A DNA stretch of 64,000 bases from an uncultured Legionellales bacterium (GTDB lineage: Bacteria; Pseudomonadota; Gammaproteobacteria; Eutrophobiales; Eutrophobiaceae): NCBI GenBank assembly GCA_913045195.1, contig CAJWQR010000001.1:27702-91701 (forward strand), read 5' to 3'. Shown here piece by piece: positions 57,630 through 64,000 of this stretch (position 1 is its first letter; every line of letters starts with the position of its first letter). Below the pieces are notes generated by a model. That model had not been told where the DNA came from. It saw only the letters and a list, made by a program, of their open reading frames with translations, and ran no database searches. The position numbers and the translations under genes were made by a program.

Positions 57630-58496
57630 ATTAATAACCTGTTTGGAAAGAGAGGCTCATTAAAGACCACTTTTTTTATTTATCTGCTGTTATCAATTAT
57701 CCTAATTTTGATTGATAATAGAGAAGGCGCTTTAAAAAATTACCGTACAGTTTTAGCAACGTTCGTTTATCCGGTAGAATTTATAGTCAACCTGCCATTT
57801 CAAATTAAAGATCGGGTATCAAAATTATTTATTTCGAAAGAAGCTTTATCTAATGAGAATGATAAATTAAAAGAAAAGCTTTTATTAATAAAAACAAGGT
57901 TACAGCAATACGAAATTATAGAAGCTGAAAATCATCGTTTACGCAGTTTGCTCGAATCATCTTTTCGTCTTAAAAATAAAGTACTTATAGCAGAACTAGT
58001 CGCGGTACAACTTGATACATTTCGTAAAAAAATTGTAATAAATAAAGGTGAAAATGACGGGGGCTATCTGGGACAACCAGTACTTGATGCAACCGGAATC
58101 ATTGGTCAAATTACCCAGATTAATCCTTTTTCGAGTACTGTTTTATTAATAACCGATCCAAATCATGCATTACCTGTACAAATAAATAGAAATGGATTAC
58201 GGGCAATTGCTATTGGTTCGGGTGAAAATAATGCAATCTTACTTCAGCATTTACCCAGACCATTAATTACGGATCCAAATCTTCCGAATAATGCCCATAT
58301 ATTAGAAGGTGATTTAGTAGTGACTTCAGGCCTTGGACGACGTTTTCCACGAGATTATCCAGTAGGGGAGATTCAGGCAATAATTAAAAAACCAGGAGAA
58401 TCATCAGCGAGAATTATCATTAAACCGTTTGCGGATTTTGATCAAATGAGAGAAGTTTTAATGGTTTGGCCTAATGGATATAAAAATAATGATTAA
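57630..58496 (+). CDS. mreC: Rod shape-determining protein MreC (proposed ATT start)
   Basis: EN.RLR.LL, INKG, G.IGQ, LLITD, GDLVVTSGLG..FP..YPVG; frame open upstream of TTG 57708 through the TM anchor to ATT 57630, 6 nt after GAGGAG. Confidence 0.93.
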   Translation: MNNLFGKRGSLKTTFFIYLLLSIILILIDNREGALKNYRTVLATFVYPVEFIVNLPFQIKDRVSKLFISKEALSNENDKLKEKLLLIKTRLQQYEIIEAENHRLRSLLESSFRLKNKVLIAELVAVQLDTFRKKIVINKGENDGGYLGQPVLDATGIIGQITQINPFSSTVLLITDPNHALPVQINRNGLRAIAIGSGENNAILLQHLPRPLITDPNLPNNAHILEGDLVVTSGLGRRFPRDYPVGEIQAIIKKPGESSARIIIKPFADFDQMREVLMVWPNGYKNND

Positions 58497-58514
58497 TATA
58501 AAGAGGTAATTACC

Positions 58515-59000
58515 ATTCAATCGACGACTAAAAGCAACCTGATTATTGCAATAACGTTTGTTATAGGTTTCGTTCTATCAGCGCTACCTTTGCCGGATAC
58601 TATAATTGATTGGCGCCCATGTTGGTTAGCAATGCTTCTAATTTATTGGTGTATGGCTTTACCTGAAAGGGTTGGAATATCAGCTGCTTGGTTGCTTGGT
58701 TTATTTTTTGATGTACAGCAAAGTTTTATTCTTGGGCAGCATGCATTAGGATTTATTTTTTTGGCCTACATTATTATTAGGAACCATAGACGTTTGCGAG
58801 TATACCCACTGTTACAGCAAGCTCTTGTAGTTTGCCTCTATCTCTTAATATATCAGTCAATTATGTTATTAGTCATGCTTTCGTCGGGAACGATCACGTA
58901 CACTTGGTTTTATTGGATCCCTCCATTTACCAGTATGTTGATATGGCCATGGCTATTCATTTTTATGAGAGATTTTCGTCGTAGAAATAATGTAGCTTGA
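58515..59000 (+). CDS. mreD: Rod shape-determining protein MreD (start uncertain, proposed ATT 58515 or 58509)
   Basis: RP.W..LIYW.MALP.RVG, LGQHAL, WPW; first TM helix lies upstream of the ORF-track TTG 58590. Confidence 0.9.
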   Translation: MQSTTKSNLIIAITFVIGFVLSALPLPDTIIDWRPCWLAMLLIYWCMALPERVGISAAWLLGLFFDVQQSFILGQHALGFIFLAYIIIRNHRRLRVYPLLQQALVVCLYLLIYQSIMLLVMLSSGTITYTWFYWIPPFTSMLIWPWLFIFMRDFRRRNNVA

Positions 59001-59027
59001 TAATAAACTACTAATATTAAGCAATTA

Positions 59028-60920
59028 ATGGATTTATTTATCAAAGATCGAGTAGAGTTTATCCTAAAGGATCGGGATGGCGAATCAGCACTTATAAAAA
59101 AGCGCGTGTATTTGGTTGGGCTAATAATATTAGTTCTTGTAATTATACTTCTTGCCAGAATATTTTTTCTGACCGTAATACAAAACACACATTACACAAC
59201 CTTATCAAAAACCAATCGCCAAAAAATATTACCGATAGCACCAATTAGGGGGCTGATTTATAGTAGTGATGGCGTTATTCTTGCGGAAAATAAACCCACA
59301 TATAGTCTTGAAGTTATTCCAGAAAAGATACCTGATATTGATCAATTAATTAGTAAACTTAGAGAAATAATTTATATCGACGAAAAAGATGTTGAACGAT
59401 TTAAGAAATTGGCTAATAAAAAGAGGCGATTTGAGAGAGTTCCGCTAAGAATTAATTTAAATGAAAATGAGGTTGCGTTATTTTCTATAAATCGTCATTT
59501 ATTCTCGAGTGTTGATGTAGTTGAGGGTTTCAAGAGGCATTACCCATTAGGGAGAGAATTTGTTCATAGCGTTGGATATGTTTCTCGTATTGATGAAAGT
59601 GATCTTAAAAATATTTCAAAATTAGGTCTTGATTCAAATTATAGCGCAACAAATCATATAGGTAAGCTTGGTGTTGAAGAATCATATGAATCATATTTAC
59701 ATGGAGAGGTTGGTTTTCAAAAGGTTGAGGTTAATGCCGAAGGCAGAGTGATCCGTGTAATAGAGAGAACTGACGCAAAGCCAGGTAAAAATATTTATTT
59801 AACTATTGATTTATCCCTACAAGAAGTTGCTATTGAGTCCTTAAATAATAAAAAAGGCGCAATTGTTGCAATGGACCCGAGAAATGGAGAAATTTTGACT
59901 TTCGTAAGTTCTCCAAGCTACGATCCAAATGCATTTTCTAGCGGTATTGATCATAAATTGTATAAGTCGTTATTATCATCAAAAGATAAACCGTTAATCA
60001 ATAGAGTTATTCAGGGAAAGTACCCTCCTGGCTCGACAATCAAGCCTTTTCTGGGATTGATAGCACTAGAAAGTGGAATCAAAAATATCGAAGAGGAAGT
60101 TTGGTGTCCAGGATGGTTCTCGCTAGAAGGGCATGAGCATCGTTATCGTGACTGGAAAAAACAAGGGCATGGATATACTAATCTGGATAAGGCAATAATT
60201 CAGTCATGCGATGTCTATTTTTATAAGCTCGCAAATGAATTAGGAATTGATCAAATATACAAAGGATTATCAAGATTTAGCTTCGGGCAAATAAGTGGTT
60301 TAGATATCAATGGCGAGAGAATTGGACTATTACCTTCAAAAGAATGGAAGCGCAGGAGTAAAAACGAGGCATGGTTTCCTGGAGAAACTATAATATTGGG
60401 GATAGGGCAAGGATATTTTCTGATAACACCAATGCAATTGGTTAAAGCAACTTCTGCAATAGCAACAAACGGTCTGGTAGTTAAGCCTAGGTTAGTTTTG
60501 GGTATTAGTAGCCCAGGAGAAAAGGGATTGACTTTGTTATCAGATAATATAGAAAGTCAGGTTAGTTTAAAAAATGATTTCTTTTGGAAACAAATTATTG
60601 ATTCCATGAAAAGTGTTGTACACGAAGTTGGCGGTACCGCATGGCGGAGTGGTTTAAATGCAAAATATAATTTTGCTGGTAAAACAGGTACTGCGCAAAT
60701 AATAGGAATTGCTCAAGAGGAAGAGTATAAAGAAGAGGAAATTCCAGAGGAATTACAAGATCACGCGCTTTTTATTGCATTTGCTCCTGTTGAAGAGCCA
60801 GAAATTGCCGTAGCAATAGTAGTTGAAAATGGCGGTGGAGGTTCTAAAGTCGCTGCACCTATAGCTAGAAAAATGTTTGATAACTATTTTATGAATAGGG
60901 ATTTAATTTCTAATGAGTAG
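59028..60920 (+). CDS. mrdA: Penicillin-binding protein 2
   Basis: N-terminal TM, PIRG.I, PPGSTIK (SxxK), SCD (SxD), KTGTAQ. Confidence 0.97.
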   Translation: MDLFIKDRVEFILKDRDGESALIKKRVYLVGLIILVLVIILLARIFFLTVIQNTHYTTLSKTNRQKILPIAPIRGLIYSSDGVILAENKPTYSLEVIPEKIPDIDQLISKLREIIYIDEKDVERFKKLANKKRRFERVPLRINLNENEVALFSINRHLFSSVDVVEGFKRHYPLGREFVHSVGYVSRIDESDLKNISKLGLDSNYSATNHIGKLGVEESYESYLHGEVGFQKVEVNAEGRVIRVIERTDAKPGKNIYLTIDLSLQEVAIESLNNKKGAIVAMDPRNGEILTFVSSPSYDPNAFSSGIDHKLYKSLLSSKDKPLINRVIQGKYPPGSTIKPFLGLIALESGIKNIEEEVWCPGWFSLEGHEHRYRDWKKQGHGYTNLDKAIIQSCDVYFYKLANELGIDQIYKGLSRFSFGQISGLDINGERIGLLPSKEWKRRSKNEAWFPGETIILGIGQGYFLITPMQLVKATSAIATNGLVVKPRLVLGISSPGEKGLTLLSDNIESQVSLKNDFFWKQIIDSMKSVVHEVGGTAWRSGLNAKYNFAGKTGTAQIIGIAQEEEYKEEEIPEELQDHALFIAFAPVEEPEIAVAIVVENGGGGSKVAAPIARKMFDNYFMNRDLISNE

Positions 60921-60926
60921 TATTTT

Positions 60927-62018
60927 ATGAATGAATATTCATTAGGCTATCGATTTCATATAGATTTTATTCTTTTATTTCTCGTCTTTATTTTATGTTC
61001 ATGTGGCTTAGTTCTTCTATATAGCGCTAGCGGTCAAAATATAGATTTGGTGTACAATCAGATGATAAAGCTATTTATTGCTTTGTTATGCATGATTTTA
61101 ATAGCGCAAGTTCCCCCAGCAAATTTTAATCGCCTATCTTTAGCTTTATATATTTCTGGAATTATTCTGTTATTGTTAGTTATTATCTTTGGCGATATTG
61201 GTAAAGGTGCCCAACGTTGGTTGGACTTAAAGTTCGTACGTTTTCAACCTTCTGAGCTAATGAAAATTGCAGTTCCAATGTTAGTCTCATCATATCTTTC
61301 AAGTAGATTTTTACCGCCAAAATTTCAAAGAATTTTTATTGCTTGTGTTATTATAGCAACCCCTGTTTTTTTAATTGCCCAACAACCTGATCTGGGGACC
61401 GCTTTACTAGTTGCAGTAGCTGGTTTTTCGGTTATTTTTATCGCGGGCATTTCTTGGCGTTTTTTACTTTCTATGTTTATCTTGTCTGCTTTGAGTGTAC
61501 CAATGTTATGGCATTTTATGCGAGAGTACCAACAACAAAGAGTATTAACTTTTTTTAATCCAGAAAATGATCCGCTAGGCGCTGGTTACCATATAATACA
61601 ATCAAAGATTGCTATTGGCTCAGGAGGTTTGTATGGGAAAGGGTGGTTGAATGGCACTCAATCACATCTTGAATTTTTACCAGAACGCTCTACAGATTTT
61701 ATATTTGCTGTACTTTGTGAGGAGTTCGGCATGCTCGGGGTGTTAGTAATATTGTCTCTCTATTTGTTGATAATCATACGCGGTCTCTATATATCATATA
61801 ACGCGCAAGATGCTTTTCGTCAATTATTAGCAAGCGGTATTACATTAACTTTCTTTGTTTATATTATTGTCAATACGGGGATGGTGACAGGACAACTTCC
61901 AGTTGTAGGTGTGCCACTTCCATTAATTAGCTATGGTGGCACATCAATGGTGACATTGATGGCGGGCTTCGGTATTTTAATGTCCATACATACACACAAA
62001 CGATTTCTAAAACGCTAG
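60927..62018 (+). CDS. rodA: SEDS peptidoglycan polymerase RodA
   Basis: GAQRW, QPSELMK, QPDLGT, TDFIF, PLISYGG. Confidence 0.98.
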   Translation: MNEYSLGYRFHIDFILLFLVFILCSCGLVLLYSASGQNIDLVYNQMIKLFIALLCMILIAQVPPANFNRLSLALYISGIILLLLVIIFGDIGKGAQRWLDLKFVRFQPSELMKIAVPMLVSSYLSSRFLPPKFQRIFIACVIIATPVFLIAQQPDLGTALLVAVAGFSVIFIAGISWRFLLSMFILSALSVPMLWHFMREYQQQRVLTFFNPENDPLGAGYHIIQSKIAIGSGGLYGKGWLNGTQSHLEFLPERSTDFIFAVLCEEFGMLGVLVILSLYLLIIIRGLYISYNAQDAFRQLLASGITLTFFVYIIVNTGMVTGQLPVVGVPLPLISYGGTSMVTLMAGFGILMSIHTHKRFLKR

Positions 62019-62025
62019 AACTATA

Positions 62026-63027
62026 ATGATTAAATTTTATTTTATACCTATCGCCCTATTGTGTATCGTATTTAATATATCTATTGTTTATGCGGAAGAT
62101 ATAAATTCTAGATCAGAATTTATATTTTATATGGAAGAAAAGCATGGATTTGACAGACAAGAATTAAATTCATTATTTGATCAGACTATTGTTTCTCAAT
62201 CTATTTTAGATGCAATAAAAAGACCGGCAGAAAAAAAATTATCATGGCATCAATATCGTAAAATATTCATCAAGAAAAAAAGAATTGAACAAGGAGTACA
62301 ATTTTGGTTGGATAATCAATCAAAGCTAAGAGAAGCAGAAGAAAAGTTTGGCGTTCCTCCTGAAATAATAACGGCAATTATTGGAGTGGAAACGTATTAT
62401 GGTAAAAATTCTGGGAGCTATCGGGTAATTGACTCACTTAATACACTTGCATTCCACTATCCGAAACGCGCAGCTTTTTTTCGTTCAGAGCTGGAACATT
62501 TTTTACTTTTTTCTCGAGAACAGAATTTTAATCCAGAAGAATTAAAAGGATCATATGCTGGCGCAATGGGGATGCCTCAATTTATCTCAAGTAGTTATCG
62601 TAATTTTGCGATTGATTTTGATAACGATAGTGTTGCCGATATTTGGAATAACCCAAATGATGTAATTGGAAGTGTAGCTAATTATTTTTTTAAACATGGC
62701 TGGAAGAATAAAGCACCAATAATTACGAAGGTGATTGTTGAGGGTGATCAATACAAGAAGATTTTAGATAATAATTTAGAATTAAATATCTACGAATCTG
62801 ATTTAGAAGATATTGGTATACAATATAATTCAACATTTCAAGATAATGAGCAATTAAAGTTGTTCGAATTCCAATCGGAGCATGGCTTAGAATATTGGCT
62901 TGCACAAAATAATTTTTACGTGATAACTCGTTATAATCATAGTAAATTATATGCGATGGCTGTTTATCAATTGGCATTGGAAATAAAAGATTATAAAAAC
63001 AAAAATGCCAATATCTTAGAGAATTGA
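62026..63027 (+). CDS. mltB: Family 3 lytic murein transglycosylase B (SltB1-like, no clear lipobox)
   Basis: IIGVET.YG, GSYAGAMG.PQF..SS, GSVANY, ITRYN.S..YAMAV. Confidence 0.93.
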   Translation: MIKFYFIPIALLCIVFNISIVYAEDINSRSEFIFYMEEKHGFDRQELNSLFDQTIVSQSILDAIKRPAEKKLSWHQYRKIFIKKKRIEQGVQFWLDNQSKLREAEEKFGVPPEIITAIIGVETYYGKNSGSYRVIDSLNTLAFHYPKRAAFFRSELEHFLLFSREQNFNPEELKGSYAGAMGMPQFISSSYRNFAIDFDNDSVADIWNNPNDVIGSVANYFFKHGWKNKAPIITKVIVEGDQYKKILDNNLELNIYESDLEDIGIQYNSTFQDNEQLKLFEFQSEHGLEYWLAQNNFYVITRYNHSKLYAMAVYQLALEIKDYKNKNANILEN

Positions 63028-63863
63028 AATTGTATTTTTACCAAAAATTTTTCTTTAAAAGAATTATATTCGCTTTATTGAGCTGTCTATTATTATTTTC
63101 ATGTGGGCGATTAGAGAAGGTTATATCACCTGGTGATGCAGCGCCAGACAAGCAAGTCGATGTATCTACTATTCCAAACGCAGTTCCAAAAAATGAGCCA
63201 AAAAGTCGTTATGGCAATCCCGAGTCCTATGTTGTGTTTGGAAAACGTTATTATGTTCTTGATAGTAGTAAGGATTATATTGAAAAAGGCATCGCCTCAT
63301 GGTACGGCACTAAATTTCATGGTAGACGCACATCAAGCGGAGAGACTTATGATATGTATGCAATGACAGCAGCGCATAAAACGTTACCTTTACCTACTTA
63401 TGTCCAGGTGAAAAATTTAAATAACGGTAAATATATTATAGTTAAGGTTAACGATAGAGGTCCATTCCATGAGAATCGCATAATTGATCTGTCATACACA
63501 GCCGCAATTAAACTTGATATTATTAAAAAAGGAACAGGCCTTGTCGAAGTAAGAGCAATTGATCCAATAAGATTAACTGAAAATAATATAGTTAATGAGG
63601 AGAAAAATGAAACAAGCACTAATCAAGATATTAGTTTTTATATACAGGTTGGAACATTTGGCGAATTAGAAAATGCAGAAATTCTAAAACAAAAACTTAG
63701 CTCACTTGGTGATGATTTGATTAAAATTAGTAATATTGTGATTTCTGGTGGGACGTTATATCGTGTAAGAATCGGGCCAATTGCTGATACAAAGCTTTCA
63801 GATTCTATTGCTGCCAAACTATCGAATTTTGGCATTTTTAAATATCATATTGTTACTAATTAA
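63024..63863 (+). CDS. rlpA: Septal ring lytic transglycosylase RlpA (lipoprotein, DPBB + SPOR)
   Basis: Lipobox LFSC, GIASWYG.KFHG..T, MTAAHKTLP, VNDRGPF, IQVG.F SPOR domain. Confidence 0.96.
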   Translation: MKLYFYQKFFFKRIIFALLSCLLLFSCGRLEKVISPGDAAPDKQVDVSTIPNAVPKNEPKSRYGNPESYVVFGKRYYVLDSSKDYIEKGIASWYGTKFHGRRTSSGETYDMYAMTAAHKTLPLPTYVQVKNLNNGKYIIVKVNDRGPFHENRIIDLSYTAAIKLDIIKKGTGLVEVRAIDPIRLTENNIVNEEKNETSTNQDISFYIQVGTFGELENAEILKQKLSSLGDDLIKISNIVISGGTLYRVRIGPIADTKLSDSIAAKLSNFGIFKYHIVTN

Positions 63864-63881
63864 AGGACATTTGGAATTCTA

Positions 63882-64000
63882 ATGAATATAAAATCACATT
63901 GTATTTTATTGTTATTAATATTTTCTTTTTTTAATAATCAATATTTATTTGCAGATAATATTATTACGCCCGCACCTCCAACAATTGCTGCAACCTCATA
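63882..64000 (+). CDS. dacC: D-alanyl-D-alanine carboxypeptidase (PBP5/6), N-terminal fragment
   Basis: Hand translation MNIKSHCILLLLIFSFFNNQYLFADNIITPAPPTIAATS; signal peptide plus P.PP.IAA.S; follows rlpA. Confidence 0.75.
   Translation, partial: MNIKSHCILLLLIFSFFNNQYLFADNIITPAPPTIAATS

Overview
AT-rich (roughly one-third GC by eye), very gene-dense core chromosomal segment of a non-enterobacterial gammaproteobacterium. Left part: ctpA(partial)-envC-gpmI, rhodanese-secB-gpsA, trmL, a class-1 pyrD, the minus-strand def-fmt-rsmB-DUF4390-ntrY-ntrX-trkA-trkH-methyltransferase cluster and lysM-smg-topA-tsaC. Middle: tRNA-Tyr/Gly/Thr-tuf-tRNA-Trp-secE-nusG-rplKAJL-rpoBC, str, S10, spc and alpha ribosomal operons. 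Right: gatCAB divergent from mreBCD-mrdA-rodA-mltB-rlpA-dacC(partial). I see no mobile element, CRISPR array, defence island or unexplained ORF, and no evidence for a new multi-gene system. The notable signals are small. (i) Short in-frame duplications sit inside essential genes: perfect or near-perfect tandem repeats in rplC and rpmD, and non-tandem self-copied inserts in rpoB and mreC. (ii) mreC and mreD appear to start at AUU. (iii) Genes usually found at these loci are absent: tuf after fusA, dprA, grxC. (iv) NtrX has degenerate ATPase motifs, and pyrD is a soluble class-1 type. Comparisons with reference proteins are from memory, not from alignments.
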